Assembly (NCBI GenBank): GCA_964187785.1
Contig: OZ076409.1
Location: 19,966,001 to 20,030,000, forward strand
Reading direction: 5' to 3'
Source: Amphiscolops sp. MND2022
Taxonomy: Eukaryota
Length of the DNA: 64,000 nucleotides
The translations under genes and the position numbers were made by a program. Below are positions 45,290 through 57,300 of this stretch, in pieces; position 1 is the first letter of the stretch; each line of letters begins with the position of its first letter. A model generated the notes under the pieces. That model worked only from the letters and a program-made list of their open reading frames with translations, had not been told where the DNA came from and searched no databases.

Positions 45290-46069
45290 TCATTCTACAG
45301 TAACTTCAATTCCATCACAAAATAGTTTGAGATTCCGAATTCGTATTCTACTTTTATCTGTCCCTTCATTTATCAGCTGGTATCTTTTTGCCAAAAGTTT
45401 CTTCTCGATAGTTCTTTCTTCCGGTGACAGCTCTGGTACAATCAAAATTTTGTCGGTTTGAAATAATTTATTCTGGATGGCAAGTGCCAAGCATTTTCTT
45501 TTATCCCAAATTGACTTGAATGATACGAGTAATGGACGCTTCTTTTGGGTATCAAAACGACCAAGTCTTCTGCAATCAGCAATATCAGGATTTCCACCTA
45601 ATTTGGAAATAACTGCTTCAGCATCTAATTTTTCTTTTAAATGTCTTTCGTTTGCAAATTTGATATCATTTTCAGGCAGCCCAATGAATTTCAGCTGGCA
45701 TTGATAATCATCAATTTTTCGGATGGGCGTAGCAACTGTCTGCGGAATTGCTTTTCCGGATTTGGGCAAATCTTCATTTACCTTTTCAACTTTTTCCACT
45801 AATTTCTCATTTTCGCGTTTCAAATCCTCTATTTTTTCAGAAATAAAAGAAATATTGGAAAGATTCAACTTAGCTTCTCTCAAGTGGCCGATGGAATCTT
45901 TGAGGAGGCATAAGATCGAGTCCTTGGTCAATTTGTCTGTCAAATGCTTGAAACCATCATTTGATGAATTGACCAGTTCGTCAATTGTTGGGTAGTAGTC
46001 TCTTCCCCCAGGTTGTCCATTTTTAGCCACATCAACATGTTTCTTCCCACCATTACCTCGCGGGCTCAT
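45290..46069 (-). CDS. LINE ORF1 (coiled coil + RRM-like)
   Basis: 259-aa intact ORF directly upstream of the APE ORF, with GLPE, RLGRF...RPLLVSF and ELSPEER motifs typical of CR1/L2 ORF1. Confidence 0.8.
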   Translation of the reverse strand: MSPRGNGGKKHVDVAKNGQPGGRDYYPTIDELVNSSNDGFKHLTDKLTKDSILCLLKDSIGHLREAKLNLSNISFISEKIEDLKRENEKLVEKVEKVNEDLPKSGKAIPQTVATPIRKIDDYQCQLKFIGLPENDIKFANERHLKEKLDAEAVISKLGGNPDIADCRRLGRFDTQKKRPLLVSFKSIWDKRKCLALAIQNKLFQTDKILIVPELSPEERTIEKKLLAKRYQLINEGTDKSRIRIRNLKLFCDGIEVTVE

Positions 46070-46872
46070 CCCTGGAACTATTTAATAAGTTTATCACAAC
46101 AATCATTATAAAATACCCAAGGTATAAAGCTAAAAACATCACGCAATGGAGTAATTCATGTACAATAAAAATGAGATAGAAAATATATCATAGAGAGAAA
46201 TATAAAATTTCCAACAACTATAATTTTAACGTTAGGTCCCTCGAGCGGTATTCTGCATCTATTTGCTCACAAGCTTCCCCGTTCAACACGGACTACATAT
46301 ACATTGATTATCATATTGAGACTTCATTTAATCTAGTCACCAGAAACGTCCAAAACAACGCTTATGGTAAACTCCTGATAACTAGGTAATTTTTGAATAT
46401 GTGGACACAATCTGAACTCTAAGTAGCTCCATTCAATCAAGTTGAAACTCTTCAAGTAAGTGGTTCCGAAAAACACCAATGGACCCGAAAACTTATGTCG
46501 TATAAAAAATACAAAAAAATGAGATAGAAAATATATCATAGAGGGAAATACAAAAATTCCAACAACTATAATTTTAACGTTAGGTCCCTGGAGCGGTATT
46601 CCTCTCGTTGGTTCAATATCAATTCTTCCAATTAGTTTTATGTACCTGAAGCACGAACGCAAGTTAGCCGACAATCACTAAAATATCGTGGAACTGTCTT
46701 ACTGAATCATCTACTAAAAACGAAGCTATTACCTCGCAATTATGAATCTATCGGTGAAAATGAGACTAAAAGATTGATATTAAAAATTAAAAACAAAATA
46801 GGTAGCGAACGTCTGGCAGACATAGTTTTTTGTTGATGCCCTTGTGTTTGGAGGGTCCTCCCCCGTTTAGGA

Positions 46873-47426
46873 GGTTACCAGTCACTTGGCTTAATACCAT
46901 TTGGCTTAATTTTTTCGTCGAATCATTTGGCTTAAAAATTTTAAGCCAAGTGACCACAAAATTAAGCCAACTCCATTCCAACTCAAGGAATAAATATGTC
47001 AACTCCCGGAAATATCATAATGTGGGGCATATGCGGTGTATGCACTCTCGCCCTCACCGTCGCAAAGACCAGCTCCCACTACGATCGCTTCGCGATCTTC
47101 GTTCCCGCTAGGTCTTTGCTCCTGTTCGACCTCGCTTAGCAAGATGGGAATAAAAGCGGCCCCAAGGGGCCGCAGGGCACTAGAGGAAATGGGGATATAT
47201 CCGAGCATTCCTTAATGACATGTTATAATAATACGCTGACTACGTTATAAAGATAAATTCGACAAAATCTGCCACGTGTTTTCAACTAAGTGGTTTTAAG
47301 TCAAATGACTTTGAGCCAAGTGACCAATACCCGAGACACTTATCTTAAAAAATTAAGCCAAGTGACCAATTGTATTGAGCCAAATGACTTTAAGCCAAAT
47401 GGCATTAAGCCAAGTGACCATTTACC
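46873..47426. mobile_element. MITE family A copy
   Basis: Same termini and core, 8-bp TSD GTTTAGGA/GTTTAGAA. Confidence 0.85.
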
Positions 47427-47852
47427 GTTTAGAATTAATAACATTTGGAGGGTCCCCTCTGGTGCTATATTTTATTTAAACTGACTGCATTGTACTTAAC
47501 TTCTGTACTGGTACCATTGTTCAATTTTTTAAACATAACGTCAGAGAAAATTTAATTCTTTCTTCTTCTTTCTTCTTCTTCTTCGGCCTAGTCCTCGCCA
47601 CGTACAGAGCTTCCATTGTCAGTGATTTGTTGACGTTCGTGCATCGGTCCAGTACTGTCGCCGTCACTTCGCCTGTTTTAACTGCGCATTCACCAAAATG
47701 CCTTCCCAGTGGCAATGACTTCCTTCTGTGTTCTCCCAGTCTAGTGATCACATGTCTGGCCGTTTGGCCGACATAGCGGGAGTGGCATCCCGGACATTCA
47801 ATTTGGTAGATCACTTTACTCGAGAGTTCTTCAGGTATTGGCTCCTTCATTA

Positions 47853-48056
47853 GAGTGCATAGGCAAGCTTAATTTGCTCAAAGCGCACTTTGTGCTTTGA
47901 ATGCCTCGGATTCCACGACCAAACCTTTAACCGTGCAAAATTGACAAATTACGTCATAAGTCCCGGATTCCACAAACAAGCATTCCACGGACAAGCAGCG
48001 GAATTTTCGTGTCCCGGATTCCACGACAAGCAGCAAAATAGTTTGCCTATGCACTG
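47853..48056. mobile_element. Tc1/mariner-type MITE within the Penelope ORF
   Basis: TA-GAGTGCATAGGCAA ... TTGCCTATGCACTG-TA, with internal GGATTCCAC repeats. Confidence 0.8.
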
Positions 48057-50305
48057 TAATGTTTAGGCTTGGTAGGCAGCTTTTGAGTTTCCTGGTGGTG
48101 AAAATAGTCGACACTCCATGGGTTCGCAGTCTGCGTGCGAATCTATCGCTTTCCTGGTCCCTAAACTGTAACATCAAAAGGGGCGCCGTTCCTTGCTCTT
48201 TTCCACAGCTTTCCCCTCACCTGTGTCCTGTCGGTTGATTGGACTTGCGACATTCCGAATCTGTTGATAGTGTCCCGAACAAAATTTCCATAAAATTGAG
48301 GAGGATATCCATTTTGCTCAAACGTCAGTTGTGCCTTGGCTACGCCATCATGGAAGGCAATCCAGTCTGTCGTTGTATGGTTTATTCGGTGAATGGTTCC
48401 CTCTACAACGTTCCTGTTATATTGGGTAGGCGCCAAGCTCTGAAAGTTTAGCATCAAACCGGTGTCAGTCGAATTGGTGAACCACTTCATTTAAGGCTAT
48501 CTTGGTGTCGGACGATCTTCATGTCCAAAAAAGACAACGCTCCTTCACTTTCCAATTCCATTGTGGTTCAAGGTTTCTATGGAGGCTATTCGCCATCTTA
48601 AGGAGAGTGTCAACATCCGTCTTCTTCACTGCTCTTATGATGTCGTCGACATAACGAGCGAAGATCTTAGCTCTTTTGGGGATCTCCGTCGTGCATCCAC
48701 AGAACCAGTATTAGTTGTCGGTCTTCAAGTTTATGTCGTCTTCCACACATCGTTGGTGGAACCACAGACAGCATCCATCACATAATACCGCCTTCTCGTT
48801 GTCTTCCACGTTCTCACCACAACCGCCACATGGGAAGAAGTTGTCCATTGGATTGTTCCGTACCGATATCGGTTCAACTCTAGCCAGGGTGTCCTCAAAA
48901 GTGTTCATCCAAATGTTGGCCAGCACCACGGAAAGAGATGACCCCATGGCCAAACCTTCGGTTTGAAGATACACAACATTTAAACAAAACATTGGTAAGA
49001 GCTAGATGTAAGAGCTTCTGAAAAACTGCCCTCGAAGGGAGGGGGCTCCAGCCCATCATATGCCAATTTAGTCGCTAACTCGATAGCTTCATCTACTGGT
49101 ACGTTCGTGTAAAGACTTTTCACGTCCAGTGATATAAGGCACTCGTCATCTTCTAAGGTAGTTCCCATCAGCTCCTCCTTTAGTTTTTGAGAGGAGGTTT
49201 GAATCCGTCCTTCATCAATGTCTTTGCAATACGAAAACAGAACGCGCGTCAAACTCTGATAACAACTTCCTTCTAGAGATAGGACTGGTCTGAGTGGTGT
49301 TCCGTCCTTATGAACCTTCGCGAGACCATAGAGTCTCGCCGGCTGAGCTCCAACCGAGTGCATTGATTCGTTTAGTTCTTTGGAGATCTTCTCTTTATAC
49401 AGAGTCATCAATTTGGCGTTGGGGGACTTTTCCGATTTTTTAAGGTTCCTCTTTTTGACGCGGGAGCTCCAGAAATTGTGGGCCTCTGAGTATATCCGTG
49501 AGCCTCTCCCCGTACTGCTCTGATGTTTGCAAGCAAAAACCCGCCCTTTTGTCAAACGGAACGGCTTTCACAATTTCTTTCTTCAAATACCAGTTAACCT
49601 TAACAACCGATTTATCGGGTTTTTGTTTCAGCATGCGATTGGATTGTTGTCCTGCACGGTTAACGCGTTGATCTCATTTTTTTCTCTCCGAGTCCTCAGC
49701 TGGTATTTGTGCCAGTATCTGGTCCATGTCTGCCAAGAAGTGCATTTCACGACACTGTGCCAATATCTCGTAGACATAACGCGGTATATGCAGTCCTGAT
49801 AGATTCACCACCGTGCCTTCAGATCGTGAAATAGGTTTTTCCTGACGCTCAGAGAGTGATTGTAATTTTGTTTGATGTCTGATTCGGATACCATTTCTAT
49901 GTGCTTGAACTTGCCTCCTGGAGTGAACAGTGACCGATAGTCGAAGGTGGTCGGGTAATAAACTTTTCAGTTTCGATCGGGTTTCGTCAACCCCCTCCAA
50001 CCTCACTGCTAGAATGTTCAGTGCCGATGACAGTTCTTTTCTCAGCAGGCGCTTTTGAAAACAATGAACGGAGTTGTCATCAAAACAATTTTTGTCTGGA
50101 ATTCTGAACCGTAGAAAGGACGGGATGATATCATTGTCTTTGCATTTCCGAAGAAAGGCACAACGCTCGGCCCCGTGCACCCATTTTCTTCTGGCTTCAG
50201 CATAATTGCAATATTGTTTCCAGATGTTGCGTTTCTGTAATATCTTCTTCAAAAGTGACCTTGGATAAAACATTGGACGTAATAAATACAAAAAGGTTTC
50301 TCAAT

Positions 50306-50345
50306 GTTAAAACGTTTTCAATTCCAAGGAATCATCATCAATAAC
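50306..50345 (-). ncRNA. Hammerhead motif, second pLTR copy (C3>U core mutation)
   Basis: gtta-TTGATGA-T-gattccttggaatt-GAAAACGTTT-taac. Confidence 0.55.
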
Positions 50346-50858
50346 TAAAAATACACAATCATTATAAAATACCCAAGGTATAAAGCTAAAAAAAATCACG
50401 CAATGGAGTAAGTCATGTACAATAAAATGAGATAGAAAATATATCATAGAGGGAAATATAACATTTCAAACAACTATAATTTTAAAATGAATATCATTGG
50501 TTAAACTTACATCTGGCAAAATATGATCCAATTCAATGGCTCCGATCTACATGCAACGAACTCGGAAATGAACTACTAAGTCTATTACCAACGTTCTCGA
50601 CATGAAAGTAGATGAACTAAAGCGCTGTAATAAAAGGTGTACCGAATGACATAGAAGAAGTCCAAATCAGGGCAATACTTCAGGAGAACTATCAAGGGAT
50701 TTATGTGAAACGTTTCGTTAATGCGGAGGGCAAGATTCTACAGGCAGTGAAGCTGACCTTTCTGGCCGAGTTACAATACAATACTGCAACATCGGATAAA
50801 TTTTTATCGACTCCCTCTACAACCAACAATATGAATTTGTCCAGAGGGGCATCAGAAT

Positions 50859-51363
50859 GGCTACGTGGAATCAGGTCAAATGAAATAGATCTAAGAGAGG
50901 GGGCAAAATTGAGATCTAAATAAATTGATCTAAATAATCAGGTCTAAAATTCTCTTCTAATTTGATCTAATTTGAGAAAAAAAGTAAGTCATTTAGGATC
51001 TAAAACTAAAAATTGATATAAAGTATAAAACGTGCCTCGGATATGTCCCTATTTCCTCTAGTGCCCCGGGGCCCTTGGGGCCGCTTATATTCCCATCTTG
51101 CTAAGCGAGGTTAAACAGGGGCAAAGACCTAGCGGGAACGGAGATCGCGAATCGATGGTAGTGGGAGCTGGTCTTTGCGATGGTGAGGGCGAGCGTGCAT
51201 ACATCGCTAATGCCCCAAATTATATTTTCGCTTTCAGAACACATATTACATCATAATGGGGTTAGACCTAAGTATTTTAGATAAAATTAGATCTGAAAGT
51301 TAGACCTAACAGTTAGATCTAATTCCATTAGACCCAAGCATTTAGATCAAAGGCGTACACTCC
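50859..51363. mobile_element. MITE family C (GATCTAA arrays, core-2 in reverse)
   Basis: Inverted GATCTAA/TTAGATC arrays. The 9-bp TSD CATCAGAAT sits at 50850-50858 and, beyond the LTR insertion, at 57457-57465. Confidence 0.75.
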
Positions 51364-51364
51364 C

Positions 51365-54300
51365 TGTTGGCGCCAGTCATCAGAAGGCAGAGAAACTCAA
51401 TTCAGAACTTGCTGGTTGAGAAACAAAACTTAAACTCCAAAAAACTTAGATGAAAATTTGAAGAAAATCCTCACATTGCAAAAGGGGAAAACCCCCCCCC
51501 CAAATGGGTTTTCTCAAAGTCTCTTAGTCATAGAGCCATGAAACTTGGCACACATACGCAGGTACATAACCCAAACACACCGGCCAAGTTTCAAGGTCAT
51601 CCACCCATTATAACCCCTTTTACCCCCCACATGTGTGTTGTTCAAGGTCATTGAACCAAAAATGTAAACATTGCTATTTACCTATATGACCACATTAGAA
51701 TGTAACTCTGTTGAAATTACTGATATTTACTTTGTGTAAACATGCTTTAAAGCCCACCTAACCAACATGCTAAACCCACACTATGGTTTGTTTACATAGC
51801 CAATAACTTTAATAATTCACTTAAATATCATTTATTTATACTTCATATTTCAACTCATATTTATCGAATAATTGTAAACGATATGTATACCATTGTTAGA
51901 TAGGCACAAATTGATTGGAACGCTGTATTCAAGTTGGGTCTTAGGACCATTTCAATTCTCAATTCATTTCTTCACCTCTTTTCGACTTTTCGCCAAAGAC
52001 TTAGGGCGACTAAGTTAGTTACTCTCAACTTGTGGAGAGTTGGACGCGTTAAGAGACAAGGAAGAAGTGCAATTCGGGATCATTGGATCCTACTAAGTCA
52101 AGATACAGTCCTTTTAATCTAAGAAGCAAGCAGTGTTCGGTAACGATCCGCAGTGCCGAGCACCGAATTCAGGGCGGCGTAAAGTTTGGTCAATTGAAGG
52201 GATCAAGCAGCCGTTACATTTGGTCCGCCGACCCGGACGTCATCATTGGGCGGACATCACATTGGGCGGACATCATCATTGGGCGGACATCAACAGTTGG
52301 AGTGGACATCAATCTGGGTGGACACTACAAGAGGAACGTCGTCTTCATTGTGTGTGGATAGCATTCGCGGTGGAAGACACGTGAGCAGTTAGAGTCATCA
52401 AACGGGTGACACAGCATCTATCTGTTCAAGTAACACGAAGCTTGGAAAAAGCTTCCGTGCTGGTTTCATTGGCAAACCAGAGAGCTGGGAGGACAAGCCT
52501 ATTCGTAGGGACCTTCCAAACCTAGAAGTGGCAGCAGGTGATCCTGTTCGCACAGCAATCGAAAAGTATTGCAAGAGTCGTCGCATTCGAACGGAATCGC
52601 GACAAGTAGCTGAGACGACTATTCACGACGAACGAGAACTGTGGAGACTGGGTCTACAGTTGGTGACTGGAACTCTGGGAAAGTGTACACTGGGGCTTTG
52701 ATATTGGACTATTGGGCGATTTGGAACTGGATTGGTTGTGTACTCTGGGAGTTGGGCTTTAGCAGCACTCTGGAGGCAAGTGTGCTTCAATTCCAGTTTG
52801 GGACGAGTTGTATCCTTGGGAAACGTATTCCTAATTGAAAGCAAAGGTTTGAACTAAGACGTCGCTGCAAGCATATCCACCAAGTAAAGCAAAAGGATCG
52901 AGTCATTGGGCGAGGTCCACCGAAACAATCAAATCCGTCAAAGAAGGCAAGCATAATTGACATTTTGGGTTGATTCTTCAAGAATTGGCGATTGATTACT
53001 GGGTTGAGCAGTTGACATTTCAGATCTAACAAATTGCTGAGTTTGGGAAAAGTGACAAAGTCGACAAGAAACTATCGTGTAGTCAGAAAGCCCTCAGTTA
53101 AACACAAAGAGCAATCTGAACAAATGAAAGCCAGAAAGAAAGAAATGCTCGAGGTGCAGCATCCTCGAATGACAAATGTATTTGATCAAAGAAACACAAA
53201 TCAGAGTCAAGAACTGATGGACCTCAGATCAAGAGATTTGGAAAATGATTCCGACTGGTACGTGTGGCGCTTTTATGTGGACGCTGTGGCCACCCAAGTT
53301 GGAAGACTACGGACTCTGATTAAAGAGTTGGATGACAAGCTGGACGAGCAAGGCGCTATTCTTCGCAAAGGAGAATTGAACGATTGGGTTTTCGAATATC
53401 GCGAGAATAAACAAGCATTGTTGTATAACGTAGATCTCATGTTGGACCTAACAAATAAAGAAAAGCAAAGACAGCTCAATCGAAGTGTGACTGAATGGGA
53501 AGAATTCTTTGCTGAGTTAGAAGCCAGCTGGGGATATTGGTTCCCAGATGTAAAGACATTGATGAAGGGTCCAAAAGATGAGACAGACAAAACGAAACTT
53601 CGCCAAGAGGCAAGTGGAACCTCCACAAATGCGGCAATGAGATGCACTCAAACGACGAAGCTCAAGCAAAGTAGCTTCAACCCGACAAAACGCAATTGTT
53701 CATTGGAAGTAGCTAGTGAAATGAAATCACTGGCACAATCAAGCAGGGTAACTGATGAAGAATGCCGGGTTGTTGGAGCATCCAACCCCTCTGATGTGAT
53801 TAAATCAATCAGTGATGTGAAAGTGTTACCCGAAGAAAGCAACAAAGGGTCAGTCAAAGCAACCTCAAGGAGCAACCAAACAACAGCTAGTTCTAAGTCA
53901 TCAAATGCAAAACGAATACTTCTTCTAGAATTGGAAGCAATGAAGAAACAAGATGAAATTGATGAACAGCTAGCTGCAGCAAGACGTAAAGCTGAAATTC
54001 GAAGGAAGCAACATGAAATTGATACCCTCACAGAAACACTCGAAATTGCTAAACTCGAAGAAAGCGCGAGGACTAAACAAATTGCCAACCGAGAAATTGA
54101 GTTAGCGCGAAATGAAACGCAGCTAAAACTGACACAATCACAGAAAGTGACAAAGCAGTTGCAACCATGCAAAGTTCCGCAGGAATGTTATCGGACTTTC
54201 AAGGCAATCTCGAACTCAACAAAGCCTCTTACAGGAGCGGAACTGCGTGGGCAAAACCCTCACTCTCGGAACAACATGAATGAAGTGGCGAACAAAGAGT

Positions 54301-57300
54301 CACACCTGAGAAACAACAAAGAAGCCTGTTTTGGGCGAACTGATTCAAAGAGTATTGTTGGATCACATTGGCGCTCGAACCATAAAAGCGTTGAAAGTAG
54401 TTCAATGATGAGAACTGTGAAGCAAACTCAAACAGAGCGAACTTCGAGCAAAGAAAGCTCAAGGTATCGGAATGAATCGCTGAAAAGAAAAGACGAACGT
54501 ATGTGCAAGCAAGAAGAAATGGCTTTGCTCAAAGCTCTTGACTGTACAACAAAAGGAAAGTGTACAGTGAAAAAATGGAAACCTGAGCAGATGAAGTGTT
54601 CAGACAAGTGTTCAAACCATGGAAAGTTGCAAGAAAAAACTATCAAACGTGAAGCGCTTGAAGACTCAAATATGACAAATGCTGAAAGTGATGTAAACAA
54701 AGAAACCTCGAAGCGTCTCACAGCAGAATGGATGAGGAACTGGCCAGAAATATTCGTTGTGGACGATGGCTGGCAAGACTTTCATTCAAAAACCCTCCTC
54801 GTGGATACAGAACAAGTTTTGGAAGAAGAGATTCACTTGGTCATGAGTGAGCACTTGGTAGTGCAAACAGAAGAGACCTTGGAATACACAATGACTGAAA
54901 CTATGAAAGAACATCGAAGCTTAGCCTTCGCATCAAACAATGAAACTTCGGAAGAAATGAGTGTGCAATTGGAACTGCTGCAAGTGATGGTAGAAGTTTC
55001 CACCGTACTACAGGACGTGCGACAGGGGAAACTATTCCAAGTGACAGTGTTCTATGACATTACTCTACTCCTTGAAGAAGGAAACAAATGTTATGAATTT
55101 GTCAAAAGTTATGACTTTGTGAATGAGCAACGATATACACTGCCAGAAGACTTGAATGAAATCGTCATGTATCAAAAGCTATGCCACGTTGCAATGAAAC
55201 ATGAAAAACCCGCGAAAAGCAATGCTAAAACGGAAACACAAGTCGTGAATGCAACCTTTGGAAAGAAAACGGATTTCGACTTCAAGGAAAGTCTTTTAGA
55301 AGAAACTATCCCGAGTCATAGTAGTATATGGAACCCTTGGAATGGTAATGGAAACTCAGGGATGGACGCAGTGGCACAAGCTAACGTCATTGACAAAACA
55401 CAATTGAGCAAAGGCCACCGCAAGCAACTGAAGAAAAGATCTTGGAAGATTGAACATAACTGGAACCTGATACAGGAAATGGAGGAAGGAGCTCAGTTGA
55501 ACATGAATGGAACACCACAAGATGACACACTTTGGCTACGTGAGTTCAGAGACAACTCATCAGTGTCAAGAACGGAAATGTGTTCTTTGAAAGTACCAAC
55601 CACAGCAAGTTGGAGCGACGGGTCTTGCAATGGGCCGGCTGCACTTTTCAAGACAATGTGGACTCGGCATGGGTCTTTTGGTAAATTGGAAGTTTTTGCT
55701 GATCTATCGGAGCCGGTTAGAAACCTAGATGAAAAGAAATTGAAGTTTTGTGGTGAGAGAAGCACAGTGAATCTCTACAAACAGAAGCGGAAGCAAAACT
55801 CCACGGCATTGCAGTTGTTTGGAGAAAACTCGGATGTAGCTACGAAAAACGACGTGTCTGTAAGCAAAGAGCAAAATGCAGCGCTGCGACTGAGTTCACA
55901 ACACAAATCCCCTCCTATTGGATGCAAAGAGAGCCTTGAACACAAAAGAAAAAACTCCAGTCGCCGTAATGTTGGAAACTCTCTTTATCTATTGGTGATG
56001 ATGATGGATGATTCAATAATCTCTTCCGAACGCCAAATTGAAAGCTTGAGTATGGAACGATTAGAAAACGAACACTCTTTGACATATCTCCCCCGCGGAC
56101 AGTCAACTTTGATGAGGAAATATGTAGCAGAGCAAAACTTGGGAAGCTGTCTGGAGACATTTTCGACTCATCTGGAAATCTTTTCTTTGGATGTTGAAGT
56201 AATTATGGAAGTCGAGTTAAATGTACTGAAGCAATTTTGTATCATACCTGTTAAAGGTTCAAGAGAAAAGGAATTGGTTGAACACAATAAATGTCGGACG
56301 TCGACGATCAAGTTTGGGATAATTGGGAAAACTATCACTTCAAATGAGACAACAGTTTTTTGGAATATTTTGTTTTATGTCAACTTGTCGAAAACAACTG
56401 TATGGTCAGTGAAATGGATTATGAGCTGGAGAAGCATTGCAGTAGAGAAAGAACACAGCAAACAACTGGCAAACAAGACTACGGTACAGAATTTCTCAGA
56501 AAGACAACGATGACTGATGACAATCTCAGACCACCAGTAGTGAGACTGGCACCCATGTTCTATGAAAGTGTTTTTCCGGAGAAAAACAGGGCCGGCAATG
56601 TTGGCGCCAGTCATCAGAAGGCAGAGAAACTCAATTCAGAACTTGCTGGTTGAGAAACAAAACTTAAACTCCAAAAAACTTAGATGAAAATTTGAAGAAA
56701 ATCCTCACATTGCAAATGGGGAAACCCCCCCCCCCAAATGGGTTTTCTCAACGTCTCTTAGTCATAGAGCCATGAAACTTGGCACACATACGCAGGTACA
56801 TAACCCGAACACACCGGCCAAGTTTCAAGGTCATCCACCCATTATAACCCCTTTTACCCCCCACATGTGTGTTGTTCAAGGTCATTGAACCAAAAATGTA
56901 AACATTGCTATTTACCTATATGACCACATTAGAATGTAACTCTGTTGAAATTACTGATATTTACTTTGTGTAAACATGCTTTAAAGCCCACCTAACCAAC
57001 ATGCTATACCCACACTATGGTTTGTTTACATAGCCAATAACTTTAATAATTCACTTAAATATCATTTATTTATACTTCATATTTCAACTCATATTTATCG
57101 AATAATTGTAAACGATGTGTATACCATTGTTAGATAGGCACAAATTGATTGGAACGCTGTATTCAAGTTGGGTCTTAGGACCATTTCAATTCTCAATTCA
57201 TTTCTTCACCTCTTTTCGACTTTTCGCCAAAGACTTAGGGCGACTAAGTTAGTTACTCTCAACTTGTGGAGAGTTGGACGCGTTAAGAGACAAGGAAGAA

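Larger units (their letters stand above)
38908..46098 (-). mobile_element. Near full-length CR1/L2-like LINE (ORF1 45290-46069; APE-RT ORF2 ~45290 to 38966, frameshift near 43690 and premature stop)
   Basis: CLTETWL, LGDFN, SDH, YRPIS, GVPQGSILGPLLF and YADDSK motifs, (TAC)n 3' tail at 38908-38922, and ACA duplication relative to the empty site at 50350. Confidence 0.9.
38481..50485 (-). mobile_element. Penelope-like retroelement (RT + GIY-YIG) with direct pLTRs, disrupted by nested insertions
   Basis: Frameshifted ORF ~50291-47521 contains DK.AG, LYGLAKVHK..PLRP, SLDVKSLYTNVP, AMGSSLSVVLAN, RYVDD and VIYQIECPGC.RYVGQT. The repeat at 50288-50485 recurs as 38481-38540 + 38898-38907 + 46102-46225. 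Confidence 0.85.
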
